A DNA stretch of 63,320 nt, the filler included, from Octopus bimaculoides (Eukaryota): the NCBI RefSeq assembly GCF_001194135.2. It is 5 parts of 5 records of this genome, joined end to end, with 100 filler letters (N's around TTAATTAATTAA, not from the genome) between each part and the next. Parts side by side here need not be neighbours in the genome. Positions count along the whole stretch, not along the records: positions 1 to 24,415 come from NC_068998.1; 4 more parts are not named here. One strand, written 5' to 3'. The notes beneath the pieces are model-generated. The model did no database searches and was not told the DNA's origin. It saw only the letters and a list, made by a program, of their open reading frames with translations. How positions within the stretch are numbered: position 1 is the first letter of the stretch; the number at the start of each line of letters is the position of its first letter. The position numbers and the translations under genes were made by a program. Shown in pieces: positions 12,288 to 24,471 of the stretch.

Positions 12288-12443
12288 GTTATGTGGGGCT
12301 GGTATCAGAGAAATGTAGGATTTATTTCATGCAGTTTGTGTGAGCGTGTGGAAGTTCATTGTCGAGTAACTAATAGTAACAACAGCGCAAGCGATTGCAG
12401 CGTCGGCATGATGATTATGGTTGTATAAACAATAAACAATAAA
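12288..12443 (+). other. Candidate (terminal?) exon of an unidentified plus-strand transcript
   Basis: GCCTAAC branch-like motif at ~12256-12262, CTTCCTCTTTTCTACAG|G acceptor (AG 12286-12287), no strong donor downstream, tandem AATAAA at 12431 and 12438. Confidence 0.4.
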
Positions 12444-14489
12444 TCGGTGACTGCATTCGAATCGATTCTCTCCTTCCTCTCCTTCCTCATACATCCGCTA
12501 CCTCGACATCAATAACAAAGTAAATAAATGGTCGTAGCCGAACGAACTTAAATTTCTTCAAACGAATAAAAATGGTTTTATGTTACCGAACAGCAGGTTC
12601 CGCTTTATATTCCGTTGAAATCTCTCTTGGACTCACACATACACACACACGCACATACATACACACATAGACTCACATCCACACGCACGCATGCATACAC
12701 ACAAACGCACATGCATACGCACATACACATATACACACGCACGCATGCATACACACNNNNNNNNNNNNNNNNNNNNNNNNNNNNNNNNNNNNNNNNNNNN
12801 NNNNNNNNNNNNNNNNNNNNNNNNNNNNNNNNNNNNNNNNNNNNNNNNNNNNNNNNNNNNNNNNNNNNNNNNNNNNNNNNNNNNNNNNNNNNNNNTTTAT
12901 ATTCCGTTGAAATCTCTCTTGGACTCACACATACACACACACGCACATACATGCACACATAGACTCACATCCACACGCACGCATGCATACACACAAACGC
13001 ACATACATACACACATACACATATACACACGCACGCATGCATACACACACACAAATACACGCACGCACGCACGCACAAACATGCACATATGCACACAAAT
13101 AAATATGCGCTTAGTTATAAATATAGGCAGACAAAAAATAAAAGAAATAGAGAAGGATAAGAGGAATGAAAGAAAGAAAAAAAGCGGAAAACGGTAAAGA
13201 GGACGAAAAGGAAACAATGAAACATGAAAAGGGAAATGTGTCAGGTGAGACAAACTATAGATTACAAAATATTGAACGCGAAAATTACGTACGATATGGG
13301 ATTGTGGATAATAGGTGTATTTTTATTTCATCGGCTAAATGAATATAGATTAACATAACGCACGCTATTGTGAAAATGAAGTAGGTAGTCATGCTATTAA
13401 GATCATTCATAAAGGAAATTGTGACAACATAAGGTGAAAGATATTCGCGCCAGAAATTCTGGTGTTTACTGGATGAGATTTTCAATTAATAGAATATGAA
13501 ACAATGGCAGGTGAAATGGTTTCGGCCTTTGATTGATTTCATGTACTATGAGTCAGAAATGTTAGAAATTCAGTAAGATTATGAAAGAAATGCCACATAT
13601 TATTGCTTAGTTTTCAAGGGTTATGCAAATCGTCTATGAAACAGCGCTAATATAATTCAATAAAATGAAACTTATAATAACGAACCCTTAAAATATTATT
13701 GCGATTAACTGCAAATATCAGTTTAGACATGTATCGGGTATAACCAATTTAGTTCGCTAGGACATGTATAAAAAATTTGCAATAAATTCAGAAGAAATCT
13801 TTACAACTACCGGAGATAATCACATAAAATTGAAGCATACGTCAATGTAATCTAACGGTAAACATCGTTCCCTTTATTGGAACATAAACTACTAACGAAC
13901 ACGATATGCGAGAGAGGTTTAGAACCTGCTGTTAGATTTATTGCATGTTATCGAGATAGTTGGATAGTCATGTTGTTACTGTTTCGTCTTAGTTTAGCAT
14001 TGGTCGAGGAGGGTTATGATCAAAAGTTTTCCAGATTTGCTCAATATAGGATTTACATATATAAAACAGCATTATTCAACAAGTCTGTTCAATTTTATAG
14101 ACCTCATATGTCACCCTATTGCTTGTAAAAGAAAGACTAGCAAGAATGAACAATATGGTATTGTTATGAATTCGAAAATTTTCTTTATAGATTTGTGAGA
14201 TGAAGATTATTTGTGGCTAATCAACGGAAAGACAGAAACAGCTATAAAAATAAAGGTACTTTTTTGCAAATGGAATATATGATGAAAACTAATACAACTG
14301 GTGTGAAAAAAGAAATAGATTCTATGGAATCTGAACTGAGAACACCGACGTTTTCGTAATTAAAACATAGCAGTTTACCAGATATACCCTTATGTTGAAA
14401 GAAACATGTTTGGGGGAAAGAAAAGCTAGTTATATTTGGTAAAAATATGCATATATTTTTCTAAACATGAAACGCCCCAAAACATTATG

Positions 14490-15205
14490 TTTACATATGA
14501 AGTAAAAGCAGCTGTAGTATAATAAATAAGATTGAATACATATACTAACATATTTTTTGTGTTCTTTTGTGTATTTTCCGATGGCTGCAATGACGTAGCG
14601 GAGTATATAACTCTTATGTTACTGGTGTTAAAAGAACTTAGAGTCATTGACAGGTGAGAAAACCATTTGGGAGTGGTGGGCATCGATGTTTCGTCATGTT
14701 TGTCGCTCTTAAACATCAGGCACCCGCGTGTGTTGAAGCCAATCCAGCAAATTATATGCTCATCACTGGTGATACGAGAGTTATATACTCCGCTACGCCA
14801 TTGCAGCCATCGGAAAATACACAAAGCATATATTTTAGTATTTTTATTTAATAATATTCATTACACTAGAGCTACTTTTACTTCATATGTATATTTTCAC
14901 TTAGGTATGCAATTTCTGAGCATACCAGCTCATGGTTTGTAAAACTATGAGTGTATAAGCCGTGGACTGGCTAGGTGATTCGCCTTCAAACCCAGGCAGA
15001 TGCGTGATGTTTAAAAGAAACAAAATCGCGAAATATTGATGTTTATCACTCCCAAATGCTATTGAAGGTACGTTATCTCAGCTGTCCATGACTCCTAAGT
15101 TGTTTTAACACCTACGACATGAGAGTTATATATTCCGCTGTGCCATTGATTCCACTGGAAAATACACAAAGCATATACATTAGTATATGTATTTAATAAT
15201 ATTCA
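14490..15205. repeat. Three copies of one interspersed repeat unit: one inverted, two direct
   Basis: GAGAGTTATATACTCCGCTACGCCATTGCAGCCATCGGAAAATACACAAAG at ~14776 and a diverged copy at ~15121; its reverse complement lies at ~14567-14615 with flanks extending to ~14490 and ~14725. Confidence 0.85.
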
Positions 15206-15399
15206 TGATAATAAGTGAATAGATTATTTTTTGTTAATTTTTACTCTTGTCTAGTTTAATGCAAGGCCCACGATATCTTCATTGCTTTTGACATCGCTTA
15301 AATATAAATTAGACAATCGATAATTTAATTCAATTTTAATGATATGAGAGAACGTCGTCCTCTCTTCTTTTCATACTGATACCGCATTGCTTGAAATAA

Positions 15400-16520
15400 T
15401 ATAATTACTATATCTCTTTTTAGTTTTCCCACTAATTCCTCACCCAAACGAATGCCGGACCAAGCGTTGATATTTTCCTTTCTTCAGTAAGGTTCGTAGT
15501 AAAACCGTCCTGCTTCATCCATTTGTTCCATTCTTCTCTCATTAAAGTCTTCATGTATCTGTTAATTGAAAAATAGGAAGGTTACACTTGACCTATTAAA
15601 CAGCTGTCAGTTGTATTTTTTGCTCATAGGTTTTATCTCCTTTTCTTTTACTCGTTTTATGAGCTCTCAATTAATCCCGGGTGAAAAGAGAAGGCTCTAC
15701 TAATAAGTCCCAAGGAGGTTTCGACCAATTTTTTCAAATGAAAGTAATTTGTACGCCTTCAGCCACCCATCATTTTCTAAATACGTGATTAGGAACACTA
15801 CAGAAAAATTTGGGCATTATTTTCATTTAAAAAATTAATATTGTTGAAAAGTTTCCAGCTGCACAAATTGCTAGCATCACTGCGATTTTTCGTATCAAGT
15901 AGTCTTCACAGTGATTGTTTTCTGATTTTTTATATCAGTTGCTCTGTTAACTGGAACATCAAATATTAACGGAGATGAATCCATGCTTACTATTTGACAT
16001 AACTCAAATGAGGCTGTTTGTTTTAACTGCATAATGAACTTGTAAAGGATTCAAATGTTCCTCTGACGCTGAGGAATTCTTCGAGTAATTTTTACTTCGA
16101 TACTTAGAACTAAACCTTTGCATTTTATGAACGGATATCACCATGGTGTATGACCCGTAAAATCTTCCAAGCTATCATCACAAGCAATAATATTTGCTTC
16201 AAAAATTATGTTTGAAAAAACGGATATTACACGCCTTTCCTGATCCACAAACTATTCGAATACATTATGTTTGATATTTGTTTTATTTGCTCCCTCACCT
16301 ATAGGAAATGAGGTTTATGGCATTCAATTATTTTCATTTTTCATTTTTGAACGAATCAAAAAGGAATCATTTTATTCTTTTATCGGAAGACCAAAATGTC
16401 TTTCAGAAGTTATATTTCCATGTTTTTTTTTTTCTTTTTTCATAATTAATCACAATTTGAACTTAGTTGGGTATGGCAGCCTTTTTTCTATAGTCATCAT
16501 GAAAATGCGTAAAAATAGGA
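15400..16520 (-). mobile_element. pogo/Tigger-like DDE_1 transposase remnant
   Basis: Minus-strand frames give MTIEKRLPYPTKFKL...KHGNITSERHFG, SMDSSPLIFDVPVNRATDIKNQKTITVKTT, VMLAICAAG, NWSKPPWDLLVEPSLFTRD*LRAHKT and MKTLMREEWNKWM, all decayed pogo-family motifs. Confidence 0.8.
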
Positions 16521-16747
16521 CGGAAAAGGAAGAGGAAATATTTTGAACCTTGTGCATGAGATACGATACTTTAGCTTGCGGTTACGCGTACGGTCTGACT
16601 GTATGCATGTGCCAGAATACCGGATGGCAAATAAAGACTGAAAATATCCATTAGGCGATTGTCAACGCATTGAGCAGTTTGATTGGTCAAACGCATTACA
16701 TGTTTGGAATCTAAGGCAAGTATTCAAAAATGTTTCCATTTACTGTG

Positions 16748-16792
<45 letters not shown>

Positions 16793-17862
16793 CTGCAATT
16801 ACGAAAAAATCCTTAATTTTCGCATTAAACAGCAATCGCTGTGTATTTACAAGCAATTTCATGCACATACACTCAAAACTTAGAGGACTTTCAATAAAGT
16901 TTTATATTCTTAAACAAAGAATAGTACTATTGTTATAAATGACACACTGCAAACGACTATAATATGTAATCTTATTTCAAAATATTTACACATTGTTTGT
17001 TTATATTATATATATGTTCTTTATACTGTGTGTGTATAGGGCGAACATGGATTTTGACATCGAGATTTTGGATTCAAAATGCGGTAAATTGCATTGAACT
17101 AAGTTAGTTTTGGTGTATTGTAGGAATATTAAGAACTCCGAATCACCGAGGCCATGTCAAATGGAATGAAATAGTAACTAATCTATTGGAAATATCTATC
17201 CAGCAACGCCATTGCGACACATTATAGTGGAAACTGAAAAATGTGTAAAAATTGTCACTGTCCAACTGAATCAATCACCACATCGACATTTTCTTTTATA
17301 TACAGACTTACATAATATCTCTCAAATATCATCATCACGAACATGCTGGTAAGGAAGACTTTATATGAGCAGACTTAATACTGGAAATAGTAGCAAAGTT
17401 TCCTTCATATTACAATATATTAATGTAAAAAGAGAATCATATTATTGATAATATGTAACACTTAATATGAAAGACGGGATTATCAAGTCTCATAAATTTG
17501 GGTACAGAAACCTGGTAATTCAGAGATGAGTCTGGAATAGTTAAAACTTAACCAAATAGCATTAACCATTCTAACCAGCACACTTTTCGTTATCATTAGC
17601 AAATATGTGTGTGCGGAAACGATGCCACCCGGCTTGGCTAGGAGGGCAGGTCAACATAAACGAAATGACAGTTTCTTTACAGCAGAATAGACAGGAACAA
17701 TCTGGGAATCAAAACCATGATTTCCTGATCATCAGTTTAATTCCATAACAACATTTTCAGAAGCTTACACAGAAACGCGCGCACACACGCACACACGCAC
17801 ATACACGGATGCATATATGCATACCTACACTCATATTGAATCACGATCTACAACATATACCC

Positions 17863-17931
<69 letters not shown>

Positions 17932-18667
17932 CATTATTATNNNNNNNNNNTCATTATTATTATTATAATTATTATTATTATTATTATTATTATTATCCGA
18001 AATATACTTCAAAGCCTATAAATTATCAGACCGATATCGGAACCCACAATTAATAGGACAGTATTATTTATCAGATTCCGCTTACTAACGGATATTCAGC
18101 ACTATCATAACTACAACATCAATAAATTGATATTTAATAAAACCTGTAAGTGACACGATTTCATCACCATTTTCTTCACACCACCGCCGACACCACCACC
18201 ACCACCACCACCGCTAATATCCTTCTCTTCTCGTTCTTATCGTTACCATCACCACCGACTTCATCATCATTATCGGCATTAATTTAACATTTAAACTAAT
18301 TACCTATGCATTCAGCGATACAGCTTTGGCAACCCGCTCTACAAACACTCACGCAAAAGCTGTCGTTATTATCACTGACATCACCTCTGACATTATGTCT
18401 GCCACCGACGCTACTAACACCGACGTCAACTCCGCCAACGATGACTCCAACACCATCATTATCCTCAACATTTGCACAATTTCGACTTTTTCTAATTTTA
18501 TTTCTCATCTTTTATCTTTACATGTTTGTTGTTGTTGCTGTTGTAGTCGTTGTTTTTGTTGTTGTTTGTGTGCGTGGTGTACCCTTATCAGGCGGCTAGT
18601 CATTATGGGCTTCGTAGATTTTACCCCAGTATCACTTTGATGACATGCACTGCTCTCTCACTGATTG

Positions 18668-18722
<55 letters not shown>

Positions 18723-18724
<2 letters not shown>

Positions 18725-18935
18725 GTTTCAAATTTTGCCACAAGGGCAGCCATTTTCAAGGAGGGAATGTGTCGTTTACATCGACCCCAGTGTTCAACTG
18801 TTACCTGATTTATCGCACCCGAAATGATGACAGGCAAATGCGACCTCGGCGGAGTTTGAACTCAAAACTGCATGACAGAAAAAATACCGCTAAGCATTTC
18901 GCCCGGCGTGATAACGATTCTGCCAGCTCGTCGCC
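18723..18935 (-). mobile_element. SINE family A flanked by (AAT)n and (CTA)n/(AAT)n tracts
   Basis: Reverse complement of the family A consensus; microsatellites at 18668-18722 and 18936-19030. Confidence 0.85.
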
Positions 18936-18936
18936 T

Positions 18937-18987
<51 letters not shown>

Positions 18988-18988
18988 C

Positions 18989-19030
<42 letters not shown>

Positions 19031-19034
19031 TATG

Positions 19035-20270
19035 CTATATCTACTCTAGCTAACTCCATGCAGTTTACTGCAGATATTAACTTTCTTCCACCTTTCTTTA
19101 TAGTTCGGTATTATGTTACTACTCCTGCCCTTGGTTGGAGTCCTCCATTTATATTGAATTTCTTCCTAGTTCTTCTGTCTAGCTTTGATAATCCACTTTT
19201 TGTCTACAAATGCTGCTGAGTATTTAAGTAATGATACTACCCAAGTAATTACAGTCTGCACTAGATTCAGGACATTTAGTTGTGACTTCATTATCTCCCC
19301 TACCCTTCTGATGTACTCTTCAATTTTCGTTTTCATTGCTGTAGTTATTACTCTGTCAGATTCTAATACTCCTAGATACTTATGACTCTCTCCTCCTTTC
19401 AATAATTTTAATGTCTGGCCATCTGGTAATTAGATGCCTTCGCTGTTGTCTGCGGGTCCCCTTCTCATCACAAATATTGCACACATATTTATTCCAAATT
19501 CCATGCCTATATCTTTGCTGAAGTGTCTTACATTCTGTGTTAAGGAATCTATCTCTTTTCATTCTTACAAAAAACTTCAGATCATCCATGTAGAGCAAAT
19601 AGTTAATTTTCCCCTTACTCTTTCTGAACTGATATCCTGCCTTTGCCTTCCTTAATACTCAACTTAGTGGGATCAAACAGAAGACAAATATTAAAGGGAG
19701 CAATGCTTTCCCCCTGAAAAATTTGATATTAACTTCACAAGATTGCAGAAGAGGTAGAATTGATATTAACTTTCCCTAAGAATGTTGCACCTGAGATATA
19801 CTTTCCATTTGATACCATGTTTTGCATTCTTTAATACTAAACTGAGGTGGCAACTCGTAGAATCGAAACTGCAGTCGCGATACCTGTATCTCCTCTCCGA
19901 ACAGTTCCTTTAACCTCTCACCTCTCTCCTTCTCAAGCAAGACCACCTTGAATCCTTCGTTGCAATCCTTAGGGCCCAATTTCATCCTAATAACACGTTT
20001 CATTTTCAGTGATCCTTTTTTCGATCTCCACATATATTCTATACTGTATCAATGTTCGTACGTGTTTCCCCTTCGGCTCTTCTTTCTGTTTACAATCACC
20101 AAACTCTTCCTTCTCTGCATGTCTTTCAAACGATGCTGCTGAACATTTCTCCTCTACCTTCCTTTTTTGCTGCCCTTTTACTTTCTCTTCCTTTCTAGTT
20201 GCTGGTATCAGTCTCTGTCTTTCTCATTTTCGATTATGCTTTCGGGTTTATGCTCGTATCACTTTTTTAC
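19035..20270 (-). mobile_element. R4/Dong-like non-LTR retrotransposon RT remnant
   Basis: Minus-strand frames: LLPLIFVFCLIPLS*VLRKAKAGYQF...KINYLLYMDDLK, IGMEFG, GESHKYLGVLESD, EEYIRRVGEIMKSQLN...VSLLKYSAAF; frameshifted and truncated. Clade assignment is from recalled motif style. Confidence 0.75.
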
Positions 20271-20283
20271 TCTGTCCAGTTCA

Positions 20284-20324
<41 letters not shown>

Positions 20325-20427
20325 TAGTTTTATTTTTATAACGTGCTTTCACTTCACTACCGAGCGCAGCTCTGTNNNNNNNNNNTATTATTATTATTAT
20401 TATTATTGTATTGTTGTTGCTGTTGTT

Positions 20428-21032
20428 AAAGACGGCGAGAGTGTTGAAATGCTTGTACGCAGGCCAAAATTTTACTCCTGCTCTAGGTTCTGAGTTTAAA
20501 TGTCACCGTGACCGACTTTTGCCTTTCATCATTCCGAAGTGAAGATATCATGATATCCAGTCACCTATATTTATAGTAAAACATTCTTACTGCATTGCAC
20601 TATCATCTTCACAACCATGTGATTGCGAAACGAAACTCCGATCCTTACAATAATGCTTGAAGTAGCATTTGTGTTAAATGTTGGCACAAACTAGCAATTT
20701 CGGGGAGAAGGCGTAAGTCGATTACATCGACTCCAATACTTAACTGGTCCTTATTTTATGGACCTCAAAACGAATGAAAGACAAAGTCGAACCCACCAGC
20801 ATTTGAACGCGTTTCATAAAATAGGAAAAAATGTCAGTAAGCATTTTTTTTCCAGCGCAGTAACGATGTGCAGACGCCTGCCTTACACTTTGCTGTAAAA
20901 TTGGTTTCAAATTCAGGCAAAAGCCTGTAATTTGTAGGAAGGGGAAGTTAATTACATCAACTCCAGTGTTGAACTGGTACTTATTTTATCGACACCCAAA
21001 ATATAAAATGCAAAATCTACCTCGGCGGAATT
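20428..21032. mobile_element. Cluster of three degenerate family A SINEs: ~20428-20540 (+), ~20668-20883 (-), ~20900-21032 (-)
   Basis: GACGGCGAGAG...GAGTTTAAATG...GCCTTTCATC on +; GTCGATTACATCGACTCC and ACTGGTACTTATTTTATCGAC on -. Confidence 0.75.
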
Positions 21033-21485
21033 CGTAGCTGTTTGCTGTAATATTACCTTAGTTTTGAATATGATAATTGCGTTCATAAGTTTTCATCAAC
21101 GCCGACATAAATTTCGATAGAAACAACAATATCACCCACAACAACTATAACTATTACTACTATTCGTCCTCCTCCTCTTTCTCCTACTAATACAAGTAGT
21201 TGTAGTTGAAGCAGAAGTAGTAGTATTAGTAATAGTAGTAATATATTCCACTTCGTCGACGTTTTCGTCGCCGTTGTGCAGATTGATAAAAGATAGAAGA
21301 AAATATCACATTGAAAATGGAAGTATTGTTAACAGCAAAGAAGATTGTAAGGATCAGAAATTCGCCTCCTAGTCTCATTGTTCTCAATATGATGCCACAA
21401 CACGGAAAGAAAGTTCTGTTACAAATATACGTGAAGGATATCTTATGAACAGTTTACAGTGAGAGAAAATTATAAGAATTCACAT

Positions 21486-21973
21486 GTTAAGATTACCGCT
21501 ACAGGTTTTCTATAGAATTATAGACAGCACTGATCTTATTACGACGTTTCGTATCCGAGACGCTAGATGAAAACAAGAAAGAGATCGGAGTAGAAAAATA
21601 GGTGATGGACGTATATGCTATATTTCATTAGCTTTTGTTTATTCTTCAGCACGCATTCAATCCATTAATTATCTACGAACTGATGTCTTAAATAGCCACT
21701 TAATATAGCGTTGTAACGATATTAGATATACTAATTTTACATATTAATCACATTGCTGGAATGTGGTACATAAATATTAATCAATTTTAGGGACACTGTA
21801 TTTCGTTTTGCAACCATAATATACTACAAAGTATATTAAACTTTTTTTATACGTCAATACTGTTATCTACTCTGTTAGCCGTCCTATTACATCACTCGTT
21901 AAGGTTACCTCTACAGATTTTCTATAGAAATTTTAGCCAACACTGATTTTGTTACGACGTTTCGTATCCGAGA
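21486..21973. repeat. Pair of ~75-bp diverged direct repeats (21486-21560 and 21898-21973)
   Basis: Both read GTTAAG.TTACC.CTACAG.TTTTCTATAGAA...CACTGAT.TT.TTACGACGTTTCGTATCCGAGA. Confidence 0.85.
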
Positions 21974-22269
21974 GGCGTGATGTAAACACAGATGACGTCA
22001 CAGATGAAAGAAGTGTAATGCGTAAAATCAGTGATGGCTAAAATCCTTATAAAAAATACTGTTGAGATAAACTTAACAAGTGATGTGATAGCACTTCTAA
22101 CAGAGTAGAACAGAATATTGAATTATTATAAAAACGTTTAATATACCTTGTTGTATATTATGTTTGCAAAACGAAATACGGAGTCGATGCAGGCCATTAA
22201 TATAAAGATTCAGTGGTATAGATATATGTGTACGCATGAGGGTGTGTGCGTAAATATGCCTGTATGACA

Positions 22270-22405
22270 AGAACTTCATTTCGCAACCACAGGTTCAGTC
22301 CTATTGAGTGGCACTTTGGGCAAGTGTTTCTAATATAGCCTGGCAACGATCAAAGACTTGTGAGTTGGTTAGGTAGACAGAAACTGAAATGACCCTGCCG
22401 TATGT
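22270..22405 (+). mobile_element. SINE family C 5' half
   Basis: GGTTCAGTCC B-box, GTGGCACTTTGGGCAAGTGTTT core, GGTAGACAGAAACTGAAA, then the internal microsatellite and a gap. Confidence 0.8.
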
Positions 22406-22642
22406 GTATATATACATACATACATACATACATNNNNNNNNNNNNNNNNNNNNNNNNNNNNNNNNNNNNNNNNNNNNNNNNNNNNNNNNNNNNNNNNNNN
22501 NNNNNNNNNNNNNNNNNNNNNNNNNNNNNNNNNNNNNNNNNNNNNNNNNNNNNNNNNNNNNNNNNNNNNNNNNNNNNNNNNNNNNNNNNNNNNNNNNNNN
22601 NNNNNNNNNNNNNNNNNNNNNNNNNNNNNNNNNNNNNNNTAT

Positions 22643-23351
22643 ATAACAATTAGAAAATGGAGGATAATATGCTGAACCCAACTACTTGCAGACACTGTAT
22701 CCCGTTGAATTCATTAATTTAATTCGTAGCTAAAGTGACAAAAAAAGAAAGAAAAAAAGAAAGAAAAAAAACCAAAGCACAGGTGTCCATGACAAACTAT
22801 GTCATTTTGCCAACCTGGTTTACATATAGAAGCACAAAGTACATAAGGAATTAGAGCATGGACAGAAGTTTGATTTTGATTTTAATTCTATTTTTTATTT
22901 TTATTTCTATCTTATTTTTGCTATTGTTTTTCTTCTGGTCTCTACTACACCTCTGTTTTTACCTCTTGCTCCATATTTGTATGAAACCCTTTGTGAACCT
23001 CTGAAGAGGCCTAGCGGTTCGGGCATGTAACCCCATTTCAACATGTCATCCGATAATCACTCCGGCAAGAAATATTCGGATAGAATAGGGCATGCCAAAA
23101 CTAGGCCGAAACATCTGTAAGATTAAACTTCTGTTCATGCTCTAATTCCTTATGTACTTTGTGCTTCTATATGTAAACCAGGTTGGCAAAATAACATAGT
23201 TTGTCATGGACACCTGTGCTTTGGTTTTTTCTGCCGTGTTTTCTTTCTTTTTTTGTCACTTTAGCTACGAATTAAATTAATGAATTCAACGGGATTCATT
23301 GTCTGCAAGTAGTTGGGTTCAGCATATTATCCTCCATTTTCTCATTGTTAT
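22643..23351. repeat. Long inverted repeat, arms 22643-22874 and 23122-23351 (~230 bp each), ~250-bp spacer
   Basis: For example CCATGACAAACTATG/CATAGTTTGTCATGG, GTAGCTAAAGTGACAAAA/TTTTGTCACTTTAGCTAC and GGAATTAGAGCATG/CATGCTCTAATTCC; mismatches are few outside the A-rich segment. Confidence 0.95.
22996..23124 (+). ncRNA. Type I hammerhead ribozyme motif with extended stem II
   Basis: Core CTGAAGA (23001-23007); stem II GGCCTAG/CTAGGCC (23008-23014, 23101-23107); GAAA (23108-23111); stem III AC-ATCT-GT; cleavage triplet GTA ending at 23119; stem I AACCT/AGATT (4 of 5 pairs). Confidence 0.75.
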
Positions 23352-23505
23352 GCAAATTTGGGGTAAAATCTCCACTTTTAGCCGCTCCCATTGATTGCAC
23401 TTGGTAGAGCACTAGTGTAGCAATAATTGGGCACCCTCCCAGCAGTATACTGGATAGATACTATCCGTTAGTGGGTTGAACCCTCAACCCCTAACTCTCT
23501 CGCAT

Positions 23506-23620
<115 letters not shown>

Positions 23621-23639
23621 TTTTGTGCATGCCTCTGTA

Positions 23640-23845
23640 TCTATAATTGTTCCTCACCATTGCTAGACAACCGTTGCTGGTTGGTGCGTTTACGCGAGCG
23701 TAAAGTAGCAGTTTGGCGAAAGAAACGACTAGAATTGGTACAAGGCATTAACAATCAAAGTACTGCGGTTGATTCATTTGCCTAGATTTCTTCAGAGCCG
23801 TGCCCCGGTATGGCTGCTGTCTAGCGACAAAAACCAGTAAAGAAC
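23640..23845 (+). mobile_element. SINE family C 3' half, degenerate
   Basis: CCATTGCTAGACAACCG...GCAGTTTGGCGAAAG...CGGTTGATTCATTTG...GGTATGGCTGC, following a long (TG)n. Confidence 0.65.
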
Positions 23846-24379
23846 ACACGCACACACACATACATACATTTATATCTATATATGCAAATATTATATTATA
23901 TTATATTATATTATTAGTATAGTATAGTATAGCATATCCTAAAGGTTGACAGCTACTTAAAACTTTCGTCATGCGCCTTCGTTTATAAGGTTTTCATAAC
24001 TTGATCATACAAACATAATTTCATTCTTGTGTCTATGAGTGGTTTCAATAATATGTTTCACAGAAAGATATTTTATTTACAGCTTTTTATTTGTGTTATA
24101 TTTCCTTCTATTAATTGTATATGTGTTTGCTGTATTGGGTATTGGTTTATATTTTTATATTCTCTGCATTTGTATCGTCATTCCTTCCTTGGCAAAGCCG
24201 AAGCAAAACACCTCGCTAAGCAGATATTATCACAAATATAAGAAGCTGGTCTATAATTGCAAAACGATGTCTTTCTTTTGTACACGCAAACACTTAAAGA
24301 AATGGATAAACCTTCATATATACAGGAGCGCACTTGTGTAACAATAATCACACACACATATACATAGCTAAGGGCATGC

Positions 24380-24415
<36 letters not shown>

Positions 24416-24459
24416 NNNNNNNNNNNNNNNNNNNNNNNNNNNNNNNNNNNNNNNNNNNN

Positions 24460-24471
24460 TTAATTAATTAA
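24460..24471. other. Artificial scaffold linker TTAATTAATTAA inside an N run (also at 46379-46390, 55214-55225, 60012-60023)
   Basis: Identical 12-mer, palindromic and with stops in all six frames, centred in N runs four times. Confidence 0.9.
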
